NCBI GenBank assembly: GCA_040954595.2
Contig: CM082579.2
Coordinates: 9,475,625 to 9,539,624 of the forward strand
Origin: Balanoglossus misakiensis
Lineage: Eukaryota > Animalia > Hemichordata
DNA length: 64,000 nucleotides
Reading direction: 5' to 3'
Below the pieces are notes generated by a model. The model was not told where the DNA came from. It was given only the letters and a program-made list of their open reading frames with translations, and made no database searches. Of the stretch, positions 24,937-35,745 are shown piece by piece. Made by a program: the position numbers and the translations under genes. The first letter of the stretch is position 1, and each line of letters opens with the position of its first letter.

Positions 24937-25225
24937 AATAAAGGTAGATTCCATCGCCCTTTATGTCGATCTAGAGCAAATGTCTCTCGTTTGTTTAAGT
25001 TTACAATAGAAAAAAAATGTTTCCACATTATCGCCGTCATTATAATGTTAATACAAATCTTATGACGTTTTTAATAACTAAAATACATGTTTGGACAGGT
25101 TGGTGTCTTATGTCTGACAAAAAAATAATTGGACAAACCCTTGGTGGCTGTAGGCAGTGTTGTCGCTGCGTTTTCTCGTCGAGTATCTTCAACGTTGATA
25201 TTGAATTTATTAAAACGACGAGGAG

Positions 25226-25476
25226 GTAAGTTCATAATTCACATAATTTCGATTTGTACTTAGCGAACCTTCTGATGATGCATGTAAAATATTCAGGCAA
25301 GTAAATTTAAAAAGTTAAATATACACTATATGTGTGGACTCAATAGGAATGTTTTGCCATGAATATACATGTAGGTGGGTGGGTCAAAAGTCTTAATTTT
25401 GACAACTCACAGTTTCTTTTAAAGACAACGGACAATTATCTAACTGCACTTGATCCTAAATTTGGTTACCTAACAG
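25226..25476 (+). other. Predicted 5'-UTR intron of DMT copy 1 (conserved in all units)
   Basis: Strong donor GAG|GTAAGT at 25226, branch-like CTAAC at ~25440, acceptor CCTAACAG| at 25476, 59 nt before the ATG. The same donor recurs upstream of every copy. Confidence 0.7.
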
Positions 25477-25535
25477 GAAAGGCATTGGTCCGATCTTCGT
25501 TGCGTCCGTGATTTGATCAAAGCCAATCTTCAAGA

Positions 25536-26591
25536 ATGGAAACAATACCTTTGAGTCCTTCCTCGGAGGTCGGTCGTCAAAATAATGACCCAGACTGTGA
25601 GAAGAAATCGTCAACGGCAATGGCAGCATGGAAAGGTTTCATTCTGTACACGGCACGCATGATTGGCCCAATACTTGCTTTAGCTGGGGGAGTGTCAAGG
25701 GGCTTATTTCAAATGTTTGTAATGCTGTTACAAAACGAGGGATTTACACAATATCAGCTCAACTTCATCAGCCCAATGTTCAGCCTAGTATTCTGTGTGC
25801 CGTACATACTCAGCTGTGAAAAGACAGACGTGTGCCTCGGTTCCTGGAAGGATCGTCTTTTGTTACTAACTGCTTCCGTCTGCAGTATGGTATCCCGCAT
25901 ACCCGGTTTCTACGCCATAGAGCTAACCGCGATTGGTAGTTTTGGCGCCATCATCCGTGGAACAACGACCATCCTATCGGCCGTTGTTGCATGTATTGGC
26001 CTGAAGGAAACCTGTACTAAAGGAGGAATAGCATCACAGTTTCTTTCTGTCATTGGACTTCTTATCATCATACTGCCTGAAGCATTGCGACCAGTGTCCG
26101 AAGGAAAACCAGTTGCAATGACCGTTGTAGGTTACATCTTAGCATTAGTTACAGGCGCTTTTCTTACATCGGATATCATCGCCTTACGTGCCTTGAGTGG
26201 TCGATTACCTATCGTAGCCTATATATTCACCCATAAGCTTTGCGGAGTTATTTTGAACCTGCCATTGGTGTTTGCGTTTGGCGAACCGAGATGGTCAGTC
26301 ACCATTCCCATTTTGGGATATTTTGCTGGTTTCTGCTTTTTTGATGCATTCCATGTCATTCTTATGGTGGCTAGTTTGAAGTTTACTAGAGTTGCATCCT
26401 ATGCCGTCCTAGTGAATGTATCTATTGTGGTATCCTTTATTGCTGATGTTACGGTATTGCAACGAAGCATCACACCCTTTGAGATAGTTGGTGCTACCCT
26501 CATCATTTCATCTTCCGTGATAGTTTTTCTTGTAACCGACGGGGAGGACAGGAGAGACGACGAAAATTCGAAACTGATAGATAGTCGTTAA
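25536..26591 (+). CDS. EamA/DMT superfamily (SLC35G-like) 10-TM transporter, array copy 1 (type A)
   Basis: 351-aa single-exon ORF with ~10 hydrophobic segments in two repeats. EamA-like features: TILSAVVACIGLKE (cf. ...L.E motif) and C-terminal EIVGATLII. Confidence 0.85.
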   Translation: METIPLSPSSEVGRQNNDPDCEKKSSTAMAAWKGFILYTARMIGPILALAGGVSRGLFQMFVMLLQNEGFTQYQLNFISPMFSLVFCVPYILSCEKTDVCLGSWKDRLLLLTASVCSMVSRIPGFYAIELTAIGSFGAIIRGTTTILSAVVACIGLKETCTKGGIASQFLSVIGLLIIILPEALRPVSEGKPVAMTVVGYILALVTGAFLTSDIIALRALSGRLPIVAYIFTHKLCGVILNLPLVFAFGEPRWSVTIPILGYFAGFCFFDAFHVILMVASLKFTRVASYAVLVNVSIVVSFIADVTVLQRSITPFEIVGATLIISSSVIVFLVTDGEDRRDDENSKLIDSR

Positions 26592-26970
26592 GACTGTATA
26601 GTCAAGTATGACTTTCGGGTTGAACGGTATTGCCAACAGACGACAGGCACCAAGACACGAGGATGCTATCTGTTCACTCTCGTGTAGCGCCACCAACCGT
26701 GGACTTCGAAGCCAGACTGTATAAGGACAACATGGGCCATGAAAAGACATTCTCTGATGAAGGGCAATTTTTGCAGTCTCTCGCTGCTGGCTCGTCACCT
26801 AGTGCCGAGGCATGCGCATGATAAACGGCGTTGACTTCTATTGAGTGAATGAATACGTTTATTCAGTATTGTATGTGGCCACTTACCCTTCAAATAGTAA
26901 CGGGTCGTGCCATCAAGGCATTCTCTAATATCTACATTTGTAACAGCATTTTTTCTCTCTCTTGAAATGC

Positions 26971-26976
26971 AATAAA
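26971..26976 (+). promoter_or_regulatory. Putative polyadenylation signal of DMT copy 1 (repeated in short-type units)
   Basis: AATAAA ~380 nt after the stop, followed by T-rich/GT-rich sequence; conserved in units 2 and 5-9. Confidence 0.5.
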
Positions 26977-28318
26977 AAGGTTTTTACTCAACTGGTGATA
27001 TAAATGTTCCTTTTTTTAATTGTTGACATGAATTTGTAAAACTTATATTCTACAGGGGAATTGAAGAAAAACTTGGAATAAAATTTAACCCGCAATTCTG
27101 TATAAGCTAAGCAAATAACACACATGTGGTATTCATCTTCAATTTTCATCTTCAATTTGTCCACTAGCTTTTACACATACATGGACAAGTTTGTTTTACC
27201 TATAGGGCCCAACAATGAATATTGACTTCCATTCTTTAATCAAACATTCTTTAAGAATGACTGTCTGGGGCGCTATTGATGTCAAATTTGGTCACTGAAA
27301 TATCGAAACTTGTTAAACATAATGAACTTCCCTAACCGTTCTCCAGGAACCAACGTAACTCTACTATACAGTAGTGACCAACCTAAAGAACGTCTGGCAA
27401 TTATTCAAATGTTGTGAACAATATAAAATGGATTGTATTACAACGCGGCCATAACTTTTGCATTGGCATTTTCACTGTATAAAATTTAATTCTGAATAAA
27501 TCAACAATCGTAAATAATTTCCGATAAATTCCGTTTATCAGTCAACAAAAACAAAATTGTGACAAATATTGCTGGACACAAAATAGCCGATGATGAAGGT
27601 GTACACTTAAAGTCACGAGAAACGTTTGCCCTTTGGAGGGCCGCCCTTGTTGATCGACGTATACAGGTATCATGGACGTTCCATTTGACATGTAACTATA
27701 GTCTAGACATTAAATCTTTGTCGATCGAGAGCCGTATAATGATGTGTTTTACATATACAAAGTTTCTCTTGCATAATCTTGCAATAGAAATATGTTTCAG
27801 CATTATCGTCATTATGATGCTGATACCAATCTCCGACATTTTTGTTCTTTGTTCAACTATTACATGTTTGGACAGGATGGTGCCTTATGTCTGACAAATA
27901 AAAATTGGACAAACCCTTGGTGGCTGTAGTCAGTGTTGTCGCTGCGTTTTCTCGGCGAGTATCTTCAACGTTGATATTGTATTTATTACAGCGACGAGGA
28001 GGTAAGTTCATAATTCACATACTTTCGGTAGGTATACTTAGAAAACCTTATGATGCATTTAAAATATTCAGGCAAGTAAATTTAAATGTTAAATATACAT
28101 TATATGTGTGGACTCCATAGGAATATTTTGCGATGAATATAGGTGGGTGGGTCAAAAGTCTTAATTTTGGCAACTCACAGTTTCTTTTACAGACAACGGA
28201 CAATTATCTAACTGCACTTGATCCTAAACTTGGTTCTCTAGAAGAGGAAAGCCGTATAAGCCTTCGACTTGGTCCGATCTTCGTTGCGTCCGTGATTTGA
28301 TCAAAACCAATTTCAAGA

Positions 28319-29374
28319 ATGGAAAAAATACCTTTGTTTCATTCCACGGAGGTCATTCGTCAAAATAATGACCCAGACTGTAAGAAGAAATCGTCAACGG
28401 CAAAGGCAGCATGGAAAGGTTTCATTCTGTACATGTCACGCATGATTGGCCCAATACTTGCTTTAGCTGGTGGCATGTCAAAGGCCTTATTTGCAGTGTT
28501 TGCAATGCTGCTACAAAACGAGGGATTTACACAATATCAGCTCAACGTTATCAGCCCAATTGTGAGCCTAGTATTCTGTGTGCCGTACATACTCAGCTGT
28601 GAAAAGACAGACATGAACCTTCATTCCTGGAAGGATCGTCTTTGGATAATTACTGCTTCAGTTGCCGCAGCCGTGTCCCGAATACCGCAATTGTACGCAA
28701 TGCAGTTCAGCACGATGGGAAGTGTGGACGCCATCATGCGTGGATTTTCGACCATCCTATCGGCCGTCGTTGCATGTATTGGCCTGAAGGAAACCTGTAC
28801 TAAAGGAGGAATAGCATCACAGTTTCTTTCTGTCAGTGGACTTCTTATCATCATACTGCCTGAGGCACTGCAGCCCGTATCCGAAGGAAACCCCGTTGCC
28901 ATGGCGGTCGTGGGTTCCATCTTAGCACTACTTGCAGGCACTTTTGTTACATTGGATATCATCGGCACTCGTGCAGTAAGCGGCCGACAAACTGTCACAT
29001 TCTATATATTCACACATCAGCTTTGTGGAGTTATTTTGAATCTGCCAATGGTGTTTGCGCTGGGCGAACCGAGATGGTCTGTCACGATTCCCATTTTGGG
29101 ATATTTTGTTGCTTACTGCTTTTTTGATGCATTCCATCTCATTCTTACGGTGGCAAGTTTGAAGTTTACTAGAGTTGCACTATACGCTGTCCTAACGAAT
29201 ATATCCATCGTGGTACAATTCATTGCTGATGCTACGGTATTTCAACGAAGCATCACTCCCTTTGAGATAGTTGGTGCTACCCTCATCATTTCATCTTCCG
29301 TGATAGTTTTTCTTGCAACCGACGGGGAGGACAGGAGAGACGACGAAAAATCGAAACTGATAGACGATCGTTAA
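28319..29374 (+). CDS. EamA/DMT (SLC35G-like) transporter, copy 2 (type B)
   Basis: 351-aa intact paralogue of copy 1. Confidence 0.85.
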   Translation: MEKIPLFHSTEVIRQNNDPDCKKKSSTAKAAWKGFILYMSRMIGPILALAGGMSKALFAVFAMLLQNEGFTQYQLNVISPIVSLVFCVPYILSCEKTDMNLHSWKDRLWIITASVAAAVSRIPQLYAMQFSTMGSVDAIMRGFSTILSAVVACIGLKETCTKGGIASQFLSVSGLLIIILPEALQPVSEGNPVAMAVVGSILALLAGTFVTLDIIGTRAVSGRQTVTFYIFTHQLCGVILNLPMVFALGEPRWSVTIPILGYFVAYCFFDAFHLILTVASLKFTRVALYAVLTNISIVVQFIADATVFQRSITPFEIVGATLIISSSVIVFLATDGEDRRDDEKSKLIDDR

Positions 29375-31109
29375 GACTGTATAGTCAAGTATGACTTTCG
29401 GGTTGAACGGTATTGCCAACAGACGACAGGCACCAAGACACGAGGATGCTATCTGTTCACTCTCGTGTAGCGCCACCAACCGTGGACTTCGATTCGAAGC
29501 CAGACTGTATAAGGACAACATGGGCCATGGAGAGACATTCTCTGATGAAGGGCAATTTTTGTAGTTTCTCGCTGCTGGCTCTTCACCTAGTGCTGAGGCA
29601 TGCGCATGACAAACGGCGTTGACTTCTATTGAGTGAATGAATACGTTTATTCAGTATTAAATGTGGCCACTTACCCTTCAAATAGAAAATGAATTATAGT
29701 AACGCGTCTCGCCATCAAGGCATTCTCTAATATCTACATTTGTAACAGCATTTTTTCTCTCTCTTGAAATGCAATAAAAAGGCTTTTACTCAACTGGTGA
29801 AATAAATGTTCCTTTTTTTGTTGACATGAATTTGTAAAACTTATATTCTACAGGGGAATTGAAGAAAAAACTTGGAATAAAATTTAACCCGCAATTCTGT
29901 ATAAGCTGAGCAAATAACACACATGTGGTATTCATCTTCAATTTTCATCTTCAATTTGTCCACTAGCTTTTACACATACATGGACAAGTTTGTTTTACCT
30001 ATAGGGCCCAACAATGAATATTGACTTCCATTCTTTAATCAAACATTCTTTAAGAATGACTGTCTGGGGCGCTATTGATGTCAAATTTGGTCACTGAAAT
30101 ATCGAAACTTGTTAAACATAATGAACTTCCCTAACCGTTCTCCAGGAACCAACGTAACTCTACTATACAGTAGTGACCAACATATAGAACGTCTCGCAAT
30201 TATTCCAATGTTGTGAACAATATAAAATGGATTGTATTACAACGCGGCCATAACTTTTGCATTGGCATTTTCACTGTATACAATTTAATGCTGAATAAAT
30301 CAACAATCGTAAATTATTTCCGATAAATTCCGTTTATCAGTCAACAACAAAAAATTGTGAAAAATATTGCTGGACACAAAATAGCCGATGATGAAGGTGT
30401 ACACTTAAAGTCACGAGAAACGTTTGCCCTTTGGAGGGCCGCCCTTGTTGATCGACGTATACAGGTATCATGGACCGGACGTTCCATTTGTCACGTAACT
30501 ATAGTCTAAACATTAAATCTTTGTCGATCGAGAGCCGTATAATGATGTGTTTTACATATACAAAGTCTCTCTTGCATAAGCTTACAATAGAAATATGTTT
30601 CAGCATTATCGTCGTTATGATGCTGATACCAATCTCCGACATTGTTGTTCTTTGTTCAACTATTACATGTTTGGGCAAGGTGGTGTCTTATGTCAGGCAA
30701 AAAAAATAATTGGACAAACCCTTGGTGGCTGTAGGCAGTGTTGTCGCTGCGTTTTCTCGTCGAGTATCTTCAACGTTGATATTGTATTTATTACAACGAC
30801 GAGGAGGTAAGTTCATAATTCACATAATTTCGATTTGTACTTAGCGAACCTTCTGATGATGCATGTAAAATATTCAGGCAAGTAAATTTAAATGTTAAAT
30901 ATACATTATATGTGTGGACTCCATAGGAATGTTTTGCCATGAATATAGGTGGGTGGGTCAAAAGTCTTAATTTTGGCAACTCACAGTTTCTTTTAAAGAC
31001 AACGGACAATTATCTAACTGCACTTGATCCTAAATTTGGTTACCTAACAGGAAAGGCATTGGTCCGATATTCGTTGCGTCCGTGATTTGATCAAAGCCAA
31101 TCTTCAAGA

Positions 31110-32165
31110 ATGGAAACAATACCTTTGAGTCCTTCCTCGGAGGTCGGTCGTCAAAATAATGACCCAGACTGTGAGAAGAAATCGTCAACGGCAATGGCAG
31201 CATGGAAAGGTTTCATTCTGTACACGGCACGCATGATTGGCCCAATACTTGCTTTAGCTGGGGGAGTGTCAATAGGCTTTTTTCAAATGTTTACATCACT
31301 GCTACAAAACGAGGGATTTACACAATATCAGCTCAACGTTATCAGCCCAATTGTGAGCCTAGTATTCTGTGTGCCGTACATACTCAGCTGTGAAAAGACA
31401 GACGTGTGCCTCGGTTCCTGGAAGGATCGTCTTTTGTTACTAACTGCTTCCGTCTGCAGTATGGTATCCCGCATACCCGGTTTCTACGCCATAGAGCTAA
31501 CCGCGATTGGTAGTTTTGGCGCCATCATCCGTGGAACAACGACCATCCTATCGGCCGTTGTTGCATGTATTGGCCTGAAGGAAACCTGTACTAAAGGAGG
31601 AATAGCATCACAGTTTCTTTCTGTCATTGGACTTCTTATCATCATACTGCCTGAAGCATTGCGACCAGTGTCCGAAGGAAAACCAGTTGCAATGACCGTT
31701 GTAGGTTACATCTTAGCATTAGTTACAGGCGCTTTTCTTACATCGGATATCATCGCCTTACGTGCCTTGAGTGGTCGATTACCTATCGTAGCCTATATAT
31801 TCACCCATAAGCTTTGCGGAGTTATTTTGAACCTGCCATTGGTGTTTGCGTTTGGCGAACCGAGATGGTCAGTCACCATTCCCATTTTGGGATATTTTGC
31901 TGGTTTCTGCTTTTTTGATGCATTCCATCTCATTCTTATGGTGGCTAGTTTGAAGTTTACTAGAGTTGCATCCTATGCCGTCCTAGTGAATGTATCTATT
32001 GTGGTATCCTTTATTGCTGATGTTACGGTATTGCAACGAAGCATCACACCCTTTGAGATAGTTGGTGCTACCCTCATCATTTCATCTTCCGTGATAGTTT
32101 TTCTTGCAACAGACGGTGAGGACAGGAGAGTCGACGAAAAATCGAAACTGGTGGACCGTCATTAA
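31110..32165 (+). CDS. EamA/DMT (SLC35G-like) transporter, copy 3 (type A)
   Basis: 351-aa intact paralogue. Confidence 0.85.
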   Translation: METIPLSPSSEVGRQNNDPDCEKKSSTAMAAWKGFILYTARMIGPILALAGGVSIGFFQMFTSLLQNEGFTQYQLNVISPIVSLVFCVPYILSCEKTDVCLGSWKDRLLLLTASVCSMVSRIPGFYAIELTAIGSFGAIIRGTTTILSAVVACIGLKETCTKGGIASQFLSVIGLLIIILPEALRPVSEGKPVAMTVVGYILALVTGAFLTSDIIALRALSGRLPIVAYIFTHKLCGVILNLPLVFAFGEPRWSVTIPILGYFAGFCFFDAFHLILMVASLKFTRVASYAVLVNVSIVVSFIADVTVLQRSITPFEIVGATLIISSSVIVFLATDGEDRRVDEKSKLVDRH

Positions 32166-33163
32166 GAATGTTGTCAAGTGTGAATTAAAGCGGGCATTCT
32201 AAAGCATAGCTTATAAGACGCACTATTTCTGTCAACATTGGTCTCTGGCTCTGAAATCTCATGCCCGTCATCTGACTTCTTCATATTTTATCAGGGACCA
32301 ACTAGTATCAACCAGTGGCGGCACTATTAGTAGACTAGTGACCTACCTATAGAATTACAGCGTTTTTTGAGAATTTTTGGTTGTAACAGTGGCTTATTTT
32401 GTTTATTAGAACTTTCATTGTATGAAATCAATTCTGAATAAATTGAGGGTCATAATTTATTTCCGATGATGTTTTTTTTCTCTCGACGAGAACCAAACAA
32501 CTTGCATTGTCACTATTTTATGGACATAAAATAGGAGATGATGAAGATGTAGACTGCAAGTGACGTTGACTGTAAGAATTGCTTCTATTAATTATTTACT
32601 ATAAAACGTGCCAGTACTAGAAATTCACAGCAACCTATGAGACACGCCCCTCTACACACATAAGTTATTTCCATGATTATAAATGTGTATTCTAGTCTGG
32701 TCCCCTGCCCCATTCCCACCGCTGGCTGCGCTACGCTAAAGGGAAAGGCATCAGGTACGGCCCGACCTTGGTCGAAAACCTGGCCCGCATGCATATGATA
32801 ATAAAACAAAGACCACGTGATCATAAACAAGATGGATGCCTTCAATGTCCGTTGATTTTCCTCGCAGTTGAAATTTTCATGTAACGTAAAACCCACTCTG
32901 AAAGCGGGACCTTAGAAAAAAATAATCAGCTGTGTTTTTCGCTGATATACCTTCTGGGGGGGAAAGCGCGACTTCAGGGAGCCGGCATTATTTACGACCT
33001 GGGGGTGTCACAGAAATCAGAGGGGTGGAGGTCACACAAAATGGAAATCTGGATGGGGGAATTTGGATGTTTTTTTTTCAAAATGTGCAGGCGCAGAAGG
33101 GAGGGGGCTAAAAAATTTTTGAATCTCTCACAGCATTGCAACTGTGAAATGTGCATGTCTTAC

Positions 33164-33196
33164 TAGCCCGGAGACCAGGCGTCGATCTCCGGGCTA
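33164..33196. mobile_element. 33-bp hairpin insertion, TAG...CTA termini, 9-bp TSD (also at ~36646 and ~54749)
   Basis: TAGCCCGGAGA-CCAGGCGTCGA-TCTCCGGGCTA flanked by ATGTCTTAC on both sides; absent from the homologous repeat at ~59860. Confidence 0.75.
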
Positions 33197-34695
33197 ATGT
33201 CTTACTGACAACTGCAAAATGCGAGTTCTCCGTCCGTAAGAAATGAAGCATATTTAGTTTACCAGTATTTTTCCTGTCACTTTGTGTCACCCAAATATTA
33301 TTAATGTGTTTTATCCGGAATGATTTGGTCATTTTAGTAACAATCTTTAGTCTTTCGTAGATTTTAGTTTGTTGCAGCAAATGCAAGAAGCCATTAAATG
33401 TATTTGAATTTCGAAGACCCGTCTATAAAGCCGCTTACCACATTAAAGGGACATAGTCTCTCTCTTGCTGCCCTTTTTCCATTCATTATGTTTGATACAA
33501 GACAGTGTTTATGTTAATGTACATGTGTATATGTAATGAATGAACGTTCAACTACACACAACTTCCATCCCACGTGTATGATATCAGAGTAAAAACTCGC
33601 CCAAAATGAAGAAATGGTAGAGAACGATTATTCATTTTGGCAAGTTTTTCACTCTCGTGTCTACAAGAGGGATGGAAGTTGTGTGTGGTGGATCGCTGAT
33701 TCACTATATATCCACATGTACATAAACATAAACGGTGTCTTGTATCAAACATAATTTATGGGAAAGGGATATAGAACGTCTCGCAATTATTCCAATTTTG
33801 TGAACAATATAACATGGATTGTATTACAACGCGGCCATAACTTTTGCATTGGCATTTTCACTGTATAAAATTTAATTCTGAATAAATCAACAATCGTAAA
33901 TAATTTCCGATAAATTCCGTTTATCAGTCAACAAAAACAAAATTGTTAAAAATATTGCTGGACACAAAATAGCCGATGATGAAGGTGTACACTTAAAGTC
34001 ACGTGAAACGTTTGCCCTTTGGAGGGCCACCCTTGTTGATCGACGTATACAGGTATAATGGACCGGATGTTCCATTTGTCACGTAACTATAGTCCAAACA
34101 GTAAATCTTTGTCGATCGAGAGCCGTATAATGATGTGTTTTACATATACAAAGTCTCTCTTGCATAAGCTTACAATATAAATATGTTTCAGCATTATCGT
34201 CGTTATGATGCTGATACCAATCTCCGACATTGTTGTTCTTTGTTCAACTATTACATGTTTGGGCAAGGTGGTGTCTTATGTCAGGCAAAAAAAATAATTG
34301 GACAAACCCTTGGTGGCTGTAGGCAGTGTTGTGGCTGCGTTTTCTCGGCGAGTATCTTCAACGTTGATATTGTATTTATTACAGCGACGAGGAGGTAAGT
34401 TCATAATTCACATACTTTCGGTAGGTATACTTAGAAAACCTTATGATGCATGTAAAATATTCAGGCAAGTAAATTTAAATGTTAAATATACATTATATGT
34501 GTGGACTCCATAGGAATGTTTTGCCATGAATATAGGTGGGTGGGTCAAGAGTCTTAATTTGGGAACACACAGTTTCTTTTACAGACAACGGACAATTATC
34601 TAACTGCACTTGATCCTAAATTTGGTTACCTAACAGGAAAGGCATTGGTCCGATCTTCGTTGCGTCCGTGATTTGATCAAAGCCAATCTTCAAGA

Positions 34696-35745
34696 ATGGA
34701 AACAATACCTTTGAGTCCTTCCTCGGAGGTCGGTCGTCAAAATAATGACCCAGACTGTGAGAAGAAATCGTCAACGGCAATGGCAGCATGGAAAGGTTTT
34801 ATGCTGTACATGGCACGCATGATTGGCCCAATACTTGCTTTAGCTGGGGGAGTGTCAAGGGGCTTATTTCAAATGTTTGTAATGCTGTTACAAAATGAGG
34901 GATTTACACAATATCAGCTCAACTTAATCAGCCCAATGTTCAGCCTAGTATTCTGTGTGCCGTACATACTCAGCTGTGAAAAGACAGACGTGTGCCTCGG
35001 TTCCTGGAAGGATCGACTTTTGTTACTTATTGGTTCGCTCTGCGGAATGGGATCCCGCATACCCTTTTACTACGCCATGCAGCTTACCACGATGGGAAGT
35101 GTTGGCGCCATTATCTGTGGAGAATCGACCATCCTATCGGCCGTTGTTGCATGTATTGGCCTGAAGGAAACCTGTACTAAAGGAGGAATAGCGTCACTAA
35201 TTATTTCTGTCATGGGACTTCTTATTATAATTCTGCCTGAAGGATTTAGATCAGTGTCTGAAGCAAAACCAGTTGCAATTATAGGTTACATCTTAGCTTT
35301 AGTTACAGGCGCTTTTCTTACATCGGAAGTCATTGCCTTACGTGCATTGGGTGGTCGATTACCTATCGTAGTCTATATATTTACTCATCAGCTGAGTGGA
35401 GTTATTTTGAACCTGCCATTGGTGTTTGCCTTTGGCCAACCGAGATGGTCAGTCACCATTCCCATTTTAGGATATTTTGTTGCTTACTGTTTTTTTGATC
35501 CGCTCTACAACATTCTTACGATGGCTAGTTTGAAGTCTACTAGAGTTGCACTATACGCTGTCTTAGTGAATATGGCAATCGTAGTATCATTTATTGCTGA
35601 TGCTACGGTATTTCAACGAAGCATCACTCCCTTTGAGATAGTTGGTGCTACCCTCATCATTTCATCTTCCGTGGTAGTTTTTCTTGCAACAGACGGTGAG
35701 GACAGGAGAGTCGACGAAAAATCGAAACTGGTGGACCGTCATTAA
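34696..35745 (+). CDS. EamA/DMT (SLC35G-like) transporter, copy 4 (type A variant, 2-aa deletion)
   Basis: 349-aa intact paralogue. Confidence 0.85.
   Translation: METIPLSPSSEVGRQNNDPDCEKKSSTAMAAWKGFMLYMARMIGPILALAGGVSRGLFQMFVMLLQNEGFTQYQLNLISPMFSLVFCVPYILSCEKTDVCLGSWKDRLLLLIGSLCGMGSRIPFYYAMQLTTMGSVGAIICGESTILSAVVACIGLKETCTKGGIASLIISVMGLLIIILPEGFRSVSEAKPVAIIGYILALVTGAFLTSEVIALRALGGRLPIVVYIFTHQLSGVILNLPLVFAFGQPRWSVTIPILGYFVAYCFFDPLYNILTMASLKSTRVALYAVLVNMAIVVSFIADATVFQRSITPFEIVGATLIISSSVVVFLATDGEDRRVDEKSKLVDRH

Noticed and set aside
25536-26591. Intronless EamA-type CDS as a bacterial horizontal transfer or contamination
   Set aside because: There is a spliceosomal 5'-UTR intron signal and polyA signal, a eukaryote-like N-terminal tail, and animal SLC35G genes are often intron-poor. 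No positive evidence; a phylogeny would be needed.
26592-26688. In-frame ~31-codon extension after the DMT TAA stop (DCIVKYDFRVERY...), suggesting stop readthrough
   Set aside because: TAA-G is a poor readthrough context, copies 5/11 have a 2-nt deletion breaking the frame, and copies 3/4/10 have a different 3' sequence.
26745-26790. CTGATGA in the repeated 3' UTR as a possible hammerhead ribozyme core
   Set aside because: I found no stem II followed by GAAA and no compatible stems I/III.
26630-28120. Small ORFs recurring in many spacers (MPTDDRHQ..., MTNIAGHK..., MDKPLVAV...)
   Set aside because: Recurrence simply reflects unit duplication; many start at non-ATG codons and are frameshifted between copies.
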